A stretch of 64,000 bases of DNA, from the NCBI RefSeq assembly GCF_031769215.1, contig NW_026782404.1:62001-126000 (forward strand). Direction: 5' to 3'. Numbering within the stretch: the first letter of the stretch is position 1; every line of letters begins with the position of its first letter. Source of the DNA: Ylistrum balloti (Eukaryota). The notes below the pieces were generated by a model. That model was not told the DNA's origin. It saw only the letters and a program-made list of their open reading frames with translations, and did not search any database. Shown one piece after another: positions 26,001-38,272 of this stretch. The translations under genes were made by a program, and so were the position numbers.

Positions 26001-29000
26001 ACTAGTATACAGCAGATGATACCACCTGCTCAGCCAATGATTCCACAACCACAGGCACCTCCTCCAGTATCAGAACCACATCATGAAGGACCACCTCCAC
26101 CGTTGCAACCAACATTGAGGCCACCTCCTCCACAACAGTCACAGATGAGTATGCCACCCCCAACAATGATACAACAGCCACCTGGACAACCATCCTCCAT
26201 AGTCCAAATGGGTGGTCCCCCCCAACAGCAGTCTGGACCACCACCACCACCACGACCTGCAGGCATGTTGTCCGGAACTCCAATGTCAGGGCCACCACCC
26301 CCAGGGGTAGCCCAGACACCACCAATGGAAAAACTTCCATCTCCACAAGTATGTAAACATTGTATTTCAGGAAAACCCTTTTGACTAATGTTTTGGTTTC
26401 CTGCCATGAGCTTTGACATTTGAGTCTTGACATGTCCGATCTATTTGATGTGTGCTTGAACCCTCAAAATTTGAAACTGCTATAAATTGAAAGTTAAATG
26501 TAAGACTTGTTTTGATAGGAATACTGTGAATTATGCTCATAGAAGAAATATTTTAGAACTGTGTATAAAAAGTTCTTTATGATAATTGCATCATAGCTCA
26601 ATATTTAGTAAATTCACTACAATATTGGCAAGAAGGAATGCTGACAGTTCGGGGCTTTGGCAAATATGGCAGTGTCTGTGAAATCATCTCTGGGGACTGC
26701 TAAACTTGTAACATTACACTTTATCAAATGCAGTAGGATAACTGAAGAAGTGATATTAATAGGTTTTGTTACTACAAGAGGGTATTGTTGACTTCATGTT
26801 TACAGTTGGATCCTCCCCAGCCTCAGCCCCCTAAAGAGATAAAGCTACCGCATGCTCTGGAGAAGATTCTAGCTTTCAAGAATGTCCGAGCTCAGGAAGT
26901 GGGGCTTACTCCAGAGGAAGTTGAGACTATGCACCAACCTGAAGGTAAACTTTCCATGTTCCAGCTGTGTTTATGTAAGATTAATCAAAGGAAAGGAAGT
27001 ACATTAGGATTAAAAATCTTTAACTATTGCCTAGGACTGTTTTTGTGTCACTGATTACAAGTATTTCTGAACTGTTTTTTCACACTGGTACATTAATTTT
27101 TATTTAAGCAACAGCTTAGTTATTTTATAATTACTTGTTATTTTGAATGACAAATCTTAACTATCATTAATGAGAAAATATTGTTCTTCAAACCATATTT
27201 CAACACAATTACGCAGCTTTTATTAAAATCATTTCCAATGTTTTACTATGATCTGAACTTGAGTTGTGTTGGCCGAGTGTGACATAGACAAGTTCAGTTA
27301 TAGAAACCTTAGGTTGAATAAGTAGTGTAGTCTGACAATAATATGAGAAGTTATGGTCTTTGTGTCGGTTTCCTATGATGACCTGTGTTTTGTGTTACAG
27401 AGAGAGAGGATGTGGAGGAAATGGAGGGCGAGGAAGATGAGGATGTTGGATATGGTACTTATGACATGGATGAAGATGCAGACAAGCCAGAGGAGGTTCC
27501 TGTAGAAAAAGAGGTGGGTAGCTGGGATTTTCCTATGGTGTGTTAGCAAACATTTGGTGCATGGAATACCATTGGATTTAGAAAAGATTGATTATATGAA
27601 TTAGATTGGTTTACATTGAATTTTAATGACAAGAAAAATGGTGAATATAAGATATTTTCAATATTGAAAGAACCTGATTAAGATGCCTAGGATAATTTTT
27701 AAAAGTAATTATCTGAAATTTTTGTATTACATTCAAATTTAATGTGCAATATGGGTCTGTAATGTAGATTACATTGCTGTCAAGTATAAGTTGAACATTG
27801 CTGTGTTGAAATGCATTGACATCATTTATTGTAAATCTTACATTAGATATTGTTCTTGTTTTCCACCAGTCCAAAAATAAGAGACGAAAGAAGAAGAAAA
27901 AGAAGGCAAAGAAGAATCGTCAGCAGCAACCGACTTCGTCAGAAACTACACGGAAGGACGACTCTGAGGAAGATGTACAGATTGAGTATGTTCTTTACTA
28001 GTGCTTACTCAAGGATATTTTTCTTCATTGTGTTCAAGTGTGTTTGACTAGATCTATGAGAATTACATGATTGGGAAAACAAGTAACTGAACCATTATGT
28101 CACAGAGCTAATGTATCGTAAAACAATAAAATGTCAACTCACACAAATTTTCTGTACTTTGGGCAAACATTTGCATAATCAGACTGTCCTGAAGAATCCC
28201 ATTGTACATGTAAAAGTAGAAGACAGGATTTATATTGAAACGAATCCTAACTGGTTATTCCTGATGAAAACATTGTATGTACTCAATAAAGAAGTTTTTT
28301 AGTCCCGTTTAATGTTATACACTTTTCTAATGTACACTGTGCTAATTTGTTTTAATTAAGGACAAGTATATAATTCTTTTCTATCTTTCCAGGTACATAC
28401 AGGAGCAGTTAGACCTGGAACCTTCAGATCCAAACTACTTCACATTTGCGAAGATATTTGAAGCATTTAAGGTATATAAGTGATATCTGTTCAAAATATT
28501 CTTAATTGATATTTTCATGGAACATAATTCCTTTTAGTTATTTTTCAATTTGTTTCATTTTCATTTGAGATAGATGGGTCTTGTCACAGTTTTGCTAAAA
28601 TGAAAAATTTCTGAGTATAGTTTTTACGAAAAGGAAACTCATGATTTGTTAAGTGCTTTTCTCTATAAATGTGATATAAGTCACATTAATCAATAACATG
28701 CTGTGTTGAGGTTGATCCTGAAATCTGAGTCTTGTCAAATTCAGCTTTCATATCTGAGCTACACAAATGATACTGTCTGCAAACTGTCGTCTTATCAAAA
28801 CCTGATATAGAACTCGTGTTTTTTTTAATGTGTGATATACAGATTTCTGAGACTGAAAGACAAAAAGAAAAGAAAGAAGAAAAAGTTGAAGAAAAGAAAA
28901 GAGAGGAAATTCCAGAACCAAAAGGCATATTTGATGAAGATGACAGTGATGAAGAAGGAGAGGTTTGTTTTTTATCAAAATGTATTTAACAAGGAAAAAC

Positions 29001-32000
29001 ATTTTGGGATATTTTAATCAATGTGTGATATCATGTTTTGGGTTAGATATTAATTTTCCAACAATTGAAAAACTTAAATGATTTTCAGCTTGTAGTTGTC
29101 TTTCAGATATGCATACCATGTTATAAAAATTGCCATATTTGACCTAACATGTTTACTGTGTATTCACCAAGAAAATGTTCGGAGTGAAATTTGTGTTTGA
29201 TAAAAGGAAGGATTGTTTTAGAAACATGATGGGAGTGTTTTGTCATCTTTTGAATAAAGTTGTTAATATTTCCGGTACGTCGCAGGAAAAGAAATTAGAT
29301 GAAGATGCTCCTAAGATGTCGAAGAAGAAGCTGAAGAAGATGACTAGACTGAGTGTGGCTCAGCTGAAGCAGTTAGTAAGTCGCCCAGATGTTGTAGAAA
29401 TGCATGATGTGACAGCCCAGGACCCACGTCTGTTAGTACAGCTGAAAGCCACTCGCAATACAGTGCCTGTCCCTCGGCACTGGTGCTTCAAACGTAAATA
29501 CCTACAGGGAAAGAGAGGAATCGAGAAACCTCCTTTTGAGCTACCAGAGTACATCAAGGCCACAGGCATCATGGAGATGAGAGAAGCTCTTGCTGAGAAG
29601 GTGTGTGAATTATTCAGGATACTAAGCTATAGCTCATTTTCTTAGAATATGAAATTTATGTTTACTGGATACTAAGTTTGATAATGATCTATGAAATTGA
29701 ATTGTAGGATTCAATACATTTTGGACTTACATGATAAGTGATAAGAGCTGTAAAGTTGAGTGAGTGAATGAATGATATTTTGGATAAGGATATGATTTTC
29801 CAAAAATGAAAACATTCAGTGAGCAACTAATATTTTATTAGTAATACCTTGTTTATTGGGCAGTAAACCTTACCATGTTTATTGATTTTCGGAAAGTAAA
29901 GATGTTGATAAATATTCTCTCATTAACCTGCAATAAGCTTAGTCAGATTTGATGTCTTGGTTCCCGTGGTTTACTGTTGTAACTCTTAGTTTTTGAGGCT
30001 ATTCTTGTTGATTTCAATAGCATTCAGTAATTATGCTTTTAATTCTTTATTTCAGGAAGACCAAAAAACATTGAAAGCAAAAATGAGAGAAAAAGTACGA
30101 CCAAAAATGGGGAAAATAGACATTGATTATCAAAAACTTCATGATGCATTCTTCAGATGGCAGACGAAACCTAAAATGACAATACATGGTGATTTATATT
30201 ATGAGGTATGTAAACCAGTACTCCAGATGCTATATTAAATGCATGTTTTTAAACACCATGTCATGTTTACTTTGATTCTAAATGTTTATAGGAATACTTA
30301 TTATGTGAAATGAATGAAATATTAACAGTGGAAACTGTGGTAGCTAGATAACTTCTGAAAGATTTCTTTTCCTCTTAAATAAAAAAAACCCAAATTTTTT
30401 ATTCCTGAATGTTGCAAATTTATATTATGCAATTATTTTCTCTGAAATCAGTTACTTTTGTTCTTAGTAACGAGAATTAGCTGTTCCTTAAAATTTTTAT
30501 TATAAGTATTCAATAAACCTTTTGCTCACTGATGAAATTTAAATGTGATAAAACATTTTGCTCACTATCGACATTTATTAAATGTGATGGTCCGTTTCTC
30601 ATAGCTTCAGAGCTGTGAAGTTATGGTTTTAGACCCTCACAGAGAAATCCATGCCCTCCACCGGTGAGGATGTGGAGTACATTGCTTCACCCAGGAAAAC
30701 TGAGGACACGGTTGTTCTTAATAGCTTTACTGGTTTTGCGGATGTATACACAATAAATTTACATATAGTGTATCCCATTTTCAGACTGATTCTAAAAACA
30801 GCATGGCCAACAGGCAGCGATATTTCATTTTGACAGTAATGCATATAAATCAAATTCCATTATTGGGAATAAAAATAACCAGACTATTGAAGTAAGTGGC
30901 AGTATGATATTAAAGATATGTTGATTCGTTCTCCTTATAACTGTGTGGCATTTTCAACAGGGTAAAGAATTTGAAACACGATTAAAAGAAAAGAAACCAG
31001 GAAATCTCTCTGATGAACTACGAACAGCTTTAGGCATGCCAGTGGGACCAGTAAGTATTTTGGATGAAATGATTAACTCTATTGACATAGTCTTTGAATT
31101 AGACTGTTAAAAGAACTTAAGTTCTTACATTCTTTTTAGTTTGTAGATGTGGATGTTAACCTCACATGTAGTTTCACTAACCTGTTATGTATAAGATAGT
31201 GGTACCTGATTTATATGTCAAAGAAATTTATACACACCTGTAATTCCAATCAGTTTACCAGTGTATTCTAGATATAAATTTATTATGGGCAAACAGTATT
31301 TCAAAAAATTAGATATTTGTATTGTGAGGAATAAAATAACTGATAGATCGTACTACAGTTTGGATGTGGAATAAATTGTGGATTATAATAGAACACTGAT
31401 GCTGTGTTAACAATAACTTCAGTGTGGACCAAATTTTGAAATATTCATTCAGAAAGATTAGATTATGTATGGTTTGACCAGGTATGTAAATCAGGATCAG
31501 GCCTTGCACTGAATTAACTACTATTGTTACATATATAAATGTTGGAATGTTGCATTAACAAAATGTAGTATATACGTTCAGTCTAATGATGTCATTTCAC
31601 TAAACTGTTAGATTAGGGAAAAAATCGTTTGTCAGTGAGGATTCCTGTTTACAAGTCAAAGTACATAAAATGTTTTAATAATTTACTTTTTTTTTTTACA
31701 GAATGCAGACAAGTTTCCTCCTCCATGGTTAATTGCTATGCAGCGATATGGTCCACCTCCTTCCTATCCTAATTTAAAAATTCCAGGACTTAATGCTCCA
31801 ATACCTGAAGTAAGTGTCTGTGAAAATTTGTCGAAGAAATTGTCTTTGTTAATGCTGTATGAGGATAAAATCTGAAATTGTCTATGAATTCACAATATGG
31901 GGTGTTTTGAGAATTTACAATATGGGGTGTTTTGAGAATTCACAATATGGGGTGTTTTGAGAATTCACAATATGGGGTGTTTTGAGAATTCACAATATGG

Positions 32001-34692
32001 GGTGTTTTGAGAATTTACAATATGGGGTGTTTTGAGAATTCACAATATGGGGTGTTTTGAGAATTCACAATATGGAGTGTTTTGAGAATTTACAATATGG
32101 GGTGTTTTGAGAATTTACAATATGGGGAGTTGTGAGAATTTAAATTATGGTGAGTTGTGAATGATTGTTTTTGTAATCTTTTGTGTACCTACCCGATCCT
32201 TTGTAAACAGTCTTGTGATAGTGAAATGATTTTGTTTGCAGGCGACCTCCTTTGGTTATCATGCAGGTGGCTGGGGGAAACCTCCAGTGGATGAGAATGG
32301 CAAACCTTTATATGGAGATGTTTTTGGCACACAAAGTGGTGACTTTCAGGCAAGTTCATTAGGTTGATAGAAAATCAGATTATTTACACTTTTACAGTAA
32401 TTAAAACACTTTAAGAGTGCAGTGTTTACCTTTGGATGTTAATACCTTGTGGTGTCAAGATATAAATTACAAGTAGTCAAATTATTTCCTGTTTAAAGTG
32501 GACTCAGAAATTGGGGGATGTGTGTAGAAATCATTGATATAGTATTCAAATAAAAAACAACCATGAGTTTTCTTACTTGTTATTTCATTTTACCAGATGA
32601 TAAGTATATGTACATCTATATTCAAGATGACTTAAGTTCATTTTCATCATTGTTGTCACGTTTTACCATGAAGTACATGTTATAAAGACACATGCATGTA
32701 ATATCAGTATCATTAAGTTACTGGGTATGTTACACAGTGGTGTTGGTGGAGAGGGCAACTTGAAAAAATCCGTCTTTCCTCATGTCCTATCAATACAGGG
32801 AAAGGGTTTGGAGGATTTTCACAATTTTCTCTCAAGTTATATGATTAGGCAAAATTTTTGTGTCAATTTGATAAGTCATTGTAAATTGAATTATAAATGT
32901 ATATCTGATGACCAGATCAGAGCTTATTATCTACTGGTATTCTGTAAATCAGGTCGTAGTTGAAGAGGAAGAAATAGATAAATCTCACTGGGGTGAGTTG
33001 GAGGAGGAATCATCAGAAGAAGAGGACTCAGATGAGGATGAGGAAGACGAGGAAGACATGACAGGTCTAGTCACTCCAGGAGGTGAAGGGTAAGTACTAA
33101 TGGATTTCCTGTACATATACAATGTACACTGCTCACTTACACTATTTTGTTAGGCTGATGCTTTATTTGAAAATAGTGGTTTTACTTTTCTGCCAACTGT
33201 AGGGTAAGCATTCTCTGTATAGATTTCAAATCAACTTCTTATAAAGGTGGACTCCTCAGATTGCTGTTATCCATCAATCTCTGCTTTCACTCTATCCAAG
33301 AAGTGGACAGATCTTTCTCCAGTTTCATCCATATTTAGGTTCCTCATGGTCCTTTGTTTCATTTTAGGTCTTTTAGATTTTAAAATTAGATGTTCACCAG
33401 GTAATTTTTCATTTCAACAGTTTATTGTTATGCTAAAAATAATGAGAAAATAACATGTCTGTAGTATCACATTTGTCCTTTATTAGTGTTAACTGGCAGT
33501 CAGCCGTCTTGATTTGGACAGTAAACTCTTATCTCTATTCAATTTTTAGACTAAAAGGAAAGAATAACTGTTAGGCAGCCAGTATTTGGTAGTTTACTAG
33601 AAATTTAATGATGTTGATGTGATATAAGGGCCTGGTGTGGTGCTTTGTTTTATCTAATTTTATCTAAATTTAAAGTGGCATCAGTTTTGAAAATTGATAT
33701 TCCCTCTGATATCTTTAATAACCTGTTGTGTTACATAGATTGGTAACCCCAAGTGGCATCACATCTGTACCAATGGGTGTAGAGACACCAGATATGATAG
33801 AACTGAGGAAGAAGAGGATAGAAGATGCTATGGACCAAGGGGGAGAAACTCCTGCTCTCTATACAATCTTACCAGAGAAAAAGTCAGCTGTGGGTGGGGC
33901 AATGATGGGCTCCTCACATATATACGACATGGCAGCCGTAAGTCTCGCATCTATTTAAATACTTCCCTGAACTTTTGTAATGCTGTTTAAAAAATGTTTA
34001 TAAATATGGAATGGTAAAGGGTTCTTTAAATATTGTTAATTAATTCTTTGATACAATTTTATTTGCATTTCTTTCTGTTGGTGTTTCTATTTTTTTTAAT
34101 ATTTTGGTTGAAATGTATATACTTGTTAATTTTATACCAATTTCTTTACAACAGGGTGTGCCTGGGAGTAAGAAGACAGATAAGACAGCACCAGAAGGGA
34201 TTGAAGTTGCCCTGAATCCAGAAGAATTGGATCTTGACAGTGCAGCAATGCAGGCCAAGTATGACCAGACGATGAGGGAACAACAGTCACAACTAGAGAA
34301 GGAAGATCTCAGTGATATGGTCGCTGAACATGCAGCCAAGCAGAAGGTCAGTTACAGACCACGTCATTTCTTTATCCTAGAATTATCCAAGGGGACCAAC
34401 ACATTACTTCTTTCTCAAGACAGATGGTGGGCATAATATAAGATGGTGAAATAAAAATTATTTTCTGTTGGTACTGAACAGAAAGGTATGTCAGTGGGCT
34501 TATCAGGCATGGTCATTTTGCCAGATAAATGTTATTATTGGTATTCATTTATCTACTTCAAATTGATATGTTGTACGACGTGTGGCCAACATTTTTTTAT
34601 ATTTACATTATCTTATTTGTTTTCAGAAACGAAAGAAACAACAACAGGACAGTGGGAAAGCTGCCAAAAAATACAAAGAATTCAAGTTTTAA
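20088..34692 (+). CDS. SF3B2: Splicing factor 3B subunit 2 (SAP145), ~1137 aa, 22 coding exons
   Basis: Exons 20088-20178, 22168-22214, 22505-22550, 22820-22842, 23878-23925, 24787-25116, 25336-25507, 25624-26348, 26806-26944, 27401-27513, 27870-27985, 28393-28471, 28843-28962, 29286-29600, 30056-30205, 30961-31050, 31702-31809, 32242-32349, 32953-33089, 33739-33937, 34155-34346, 34627-34692 (3414 nt). N-terminal SAP domain; core motifs RPDVVEMHDVTAQDP, VPVPRHWCFKRKYLQGKRGIEKPPF, KIDIDYQKLHDAFFRWQTKP, PPPWLIAMQRYGPPPSYPNLKIPGLN; C-terminal KKYKEFKF. AATAAA at 34957. Confidence 0.96.
20689..20844. mobile_element. MITE-like element with terminal inverted repeats in SF3B2 intron 1
   Basis: Left GGAGCATTGTCAAATCTGGATATATAGGCAGATTT vs reverse complement of right AAATCTGCTTATATAGCAGATTTGCCACTGCTCC. 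Confidence 0.6.
21860..21950 (-). mobile_element. tRNA-derived SINE fragment, same family as 3181-3765
   Basis: CCAGACAGGAATCAAACC...AGCCAAAGAAGCATTGCTC...TTGAG is shared with the 137-bp repeat unit. Confidence 0.55.
31886..32140. repeat. 25-bp minisatellite (~10 copies) in SF3B2 intron 17
   Basis: Unit GAATTCACAATATGGGGTGTTTTGA. Confidence 0.95.
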
Positions 34693-35539
34693 TGTCACAG
34701 TGTCTGTCTTTCTGTGGTAACATGTGATGCTATATGTGTTCATGGACAAAATATTTACTGAATTACAAATCATGTAATAGTGTGTTAGGTTTGGAAATAA
34801 TAGGACTTTACAGTTATGGTTGGTACTTATAACTACTGGAAAACCTGGTCATTGATGGTGTATGGAAATTAGATAAAGATTATGTTGAAGTGCTGACTAT
34901 ATCTTGTAAACTCTTCATTTCTACTGATTGAGAGATATTTGAAAGATAATGAAAGGAATAAAATTTTAAACATTCATTTTTTCTTGTTTTTATTTGAAAT
35001 ACAATCTGTATTTCCATATGTTTTCATTTAAATATTTGTTATCTTAAATATATACTTGCACATCATAATGGAGAACCTCACTTATGGATAACCGATAGTT
35101 TAAGGCTTTTGAGTAATCAGATGTCAGTTCTACTGTGGACAACCAATGTCTGTGAATGACATATTTCATACATTTCTTTATCATAAGGAAGACATTTACC
35201 AATTTACAGCTTTTATACAGGTACAAGATCTTAAGATTGATTGATAAGGTTGATTGAATGACAATACAATTTGTCATTTAGTTTTAAGAAAAACCAAAAG
35301 AAACAAGTTTCAATTTTTTTTTGTGTGGGGTGGGGGGCATTTTCTTCAGATTGGAAGTGTCAATTGTTCTTATAACACTACCAGCAGAAGATTAAAATGT
35401 GGCGTTTCAATCACTACACGGTCACCTTCATCAGACTAATGACCAGTGTGGAGCTACTAGCACTGATGTGCGTACTGACAACAAAACATAACAGAACAAC
35501 TCTACCCAAAAAGCGCCTGGTAGCTATCTTATCAAAAGT

Positions 35540-35768
35540 AACACAATAAAAATAAGAGAACACACGTAGAATGTACTGCAACATTTAGATGTGTGTGTGT
35601 TAGTGGATGTGAAGAATGATACATTGTGTATATAAATGTGTAATGTGTAGGTGTAGCGTCATCGCTCTCCCACACTACACACACCTGTATCCCACTGTAG
35701 AGAACACACGTAGAATGTACTGCAACCTGTATCGCATTGCTGAGAACACACCTAGAATGTATTGCACA
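35540..35768. repeat. Degenerate tandem repeats (GAGAACACACGTAGAATGTACTGCAAC and ACACACCTGTAT-type)
   Basis: GAGAACACAC(G/C)TAGAATGTA(C/T)TGCA occurs three times. CACTACACACACCTGTAT resembles the XPO5 23-mer. Confidence 0.65.
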
Positions 35769-37110
35769 CCCAAGATCCACAAAGAAGGTAATACATTACG
35801 ACCTACAGTGGACCACTATAATATCTCCAGGTCATTAGCAGACATTTGAGGACCCTTGGCGGGAAAATTTGAACATCGTGTCAAAATCTCGAAAGACCTT
35901 GCAGCACTTACCCAAAACGATCAGGAATTCATTTCACACAAAGTAATGTCTCTTTTCACCAACACAGCCACTGACAAGACACTTGGTATCGTTGGGAGCC
36001 ACCTAGAGTAAGACCGGTCATGGCGAAAGAACACCCATCTCTATATCAAAGACCTCATGGATTTATTTGAATCTGTGCTTACAACATACTTTGCCTTCCG
36101 AGATACCATCTCTCAGCAACGGTTTGGCACAGCTTTGGATAGCTCCGTGTCTCTGACTGTGGCCCACTTGATCACGAAATACACGTATGAAGAGGCTATA
36201 GCCACAGACCCCGTAGAATGCAAGATCAGTCTGTGGAAGTGGTTTGTTGATGACATTGAAAATAGTAAACAAAAAAAAGGGTCACAGAAAGATTTGACTG
36301 AGCATATCAATAGTGTAGATACCGCCAAATTCACACGTGAGGAAAAATTAATTGCGCTTTTTCATTCCTTGATACCCTCTAATAAAGAAAGATGACGCTA
36401 CTATCAAAGTATTGGTCTATAAGAAAAAGAAGCACACAGACCAATACCTCAGCAGAGGTGAAACGATTGTCACAGAAGAACAGGACAAGAAACAAAAACA
36501 AAATGACATCCATATCGCCATGAAAACATGTGAATACCTTGACTGGGCAATCCAGAAAGTTAACAATGACTTTCATGCAAGCAAAGAGACTAAGAGACAA
36601 AACACACAGGGAAAGAACAAAACGAAAAGACAAGTTGTCATCCCTTACATCAAATGCCTGTCAGATACCATTCAGAGGATTTACCATGGTCACGGCATTG
36701 CAGCGGCGATGAAACCTCACAAAACACTCCGAAATATCCTAGTCTTAAGGATAAACACCGAAAAAAATGTCGCAAAATGCGTATACAAAATCGGATGCAA
36801 GTACTGCGACGCATCATATATCGGAGAAACAGGCAGGAGATTCGGGATCCGACTCAATGAAAGTCAGGAAGACACGGAATCCCACGATGGCTAAAAATCG
36901 CTTGATCAGAGCAAAAATATTCACAGTCCCAGATCAATAAACCGGCACTTACAGATCATTCCACACAGCAAAATCATATCAATGACTGGGAAAATTCCAA
37001 AGTAAACTGGCGGTTGGTTAAGGAAGCCATCTGGACACATCGCAGCGTGCCAGTATTTAATAGGGACGAGGGGGCTACAGATTATCGCAAATCTGTGACC
37101 AAGTGTTAAA
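35769..37110 (+). mobile_element. Decayed Penelope-like retroelement (RT + GIY-YIG endonuclease), 5'-truncated
   Basis: Broken frames give PKIHKEGNTLRPTV, SLFTNT, QQRFGTALDSSVS, WKWFVDD, VVIPYIKCLS, CVYKIGCKYCDASYIGETGRRFGIRLNE and NRDEG. Stops, frameshifts and deletions are present. Confidence 0.88.
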
Positions 37111-37553
37111 CTTAATCTATTTTGATCATCAGATTGTTCCAGAGTTTTTTTTTTCTATAAATACAAATGCCTCATAAACCGTCCTCTTTGAAGTAAACTA
37201 CACCATTTTCGTTCCAGTCTAACATTATTATTATTTTAATTTAAATACACAATTCTTTGGTCATGGTTGTGTCGCGTTAAATTGAAAGATTCCACACAAT
37301 ACTCAGGAAATATTGTCGAGGCTTTTTCATCAATTTCCATCAGATCCAAACATATTTTCATAGCATAGTAACGATGAATTCCTCCAGATGGAATCTTGTC
37401 CGACAGGTCCGTTTTAGCGGGACGTTTTTTCTTCTTTGTCTAAGTGATTCCTTTCAGGATCTAATATTTTGATTACATTGTGTCCTAAACCACGAGTGAT
37501 AATTTTTTATCATGCACATTTCACAGACGAGCTGTAACGTAATGCTAAATTTA

Positions 37554-38060
37554 AACAAGAGATCCCGGAGGGATTTTGGCGCCCACCATTGTTTGATCTT
37601 TATTGGTCTTCTCTTCTCTTTTCTGTTTTTGCTCTTAATGATTGGACATTCCTTTGTAGAAATAGCGATGATAATCTTTTTTACCTGCCAAATCCAAAAT
37701 GGCCACCTGGAAGTCGTGTTGTTTCTTTTGATCAATCCTAAAATCAAACGGACAAAAGGAGAGGCCATTGGGAACATACGTATGAATTTTGAGAGATGTC
37801 TATATAGTTCTTCTTAAGAAATAGTCATAAACTTTCGAAATTAAAACACAAGATGACCGTCTGTCTACCATTTTGTTTTTCTGATCAGTCCAAAAATCAA
37901 ACTGACAAACTAGGGACCAAGGGGAACCTACATAGGCAATTTGAGAAAGATCAATCCATTACTTCTCAAGAAATAGCGGTAACAATAGCTGTTTACGGAC
38001 GGAAGGACGACGGACCACGGACACATGGCGATTTGAATAGCCCACCACCTGCAGGCTAAG
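37554..38060 (+). mobile_element. Pearl/HINE-like non-autonomous element
   Basis: Starts AACAAGAGATCCCGGAGGGAT (small hairpin). ACGG-type microsatellite (ACGGACGGAAGGACGACGGAC) near the 3' end, followed by AATAGCCC...GGCTAA. Confidence 0.55.
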
Positions 38061-38272
38061 TATAGACAAGTGCAAGGGTACTTATTTCCAGTAAATGATG
38101 AGTTGTTACTTTCGGAACTCATTGGCGGATATCATAGACACAATATGAAAACATGAAACCCCTCGATTTGACCTAAATTTCACTTGATACAAGACCACGC
38201 ATACAACTGAGTCAAGTAAAACGTGTATCATCTGTAGAGGCACGTGAACGACAGCAGACTGCATCAAGTAAC

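Noticed and set aside
24773-26433. Minus-strand ORFs overlapping SF3B2 Gln/Pro exons
   Set aside because: Antisense shadows of low-complexity coding sequence.
37454-37817. ORFs of 107 aa and 101 aa
   Set aside because: Within a non-autonomous Pearl/HINE-like repeat; no protein motifs recognised.
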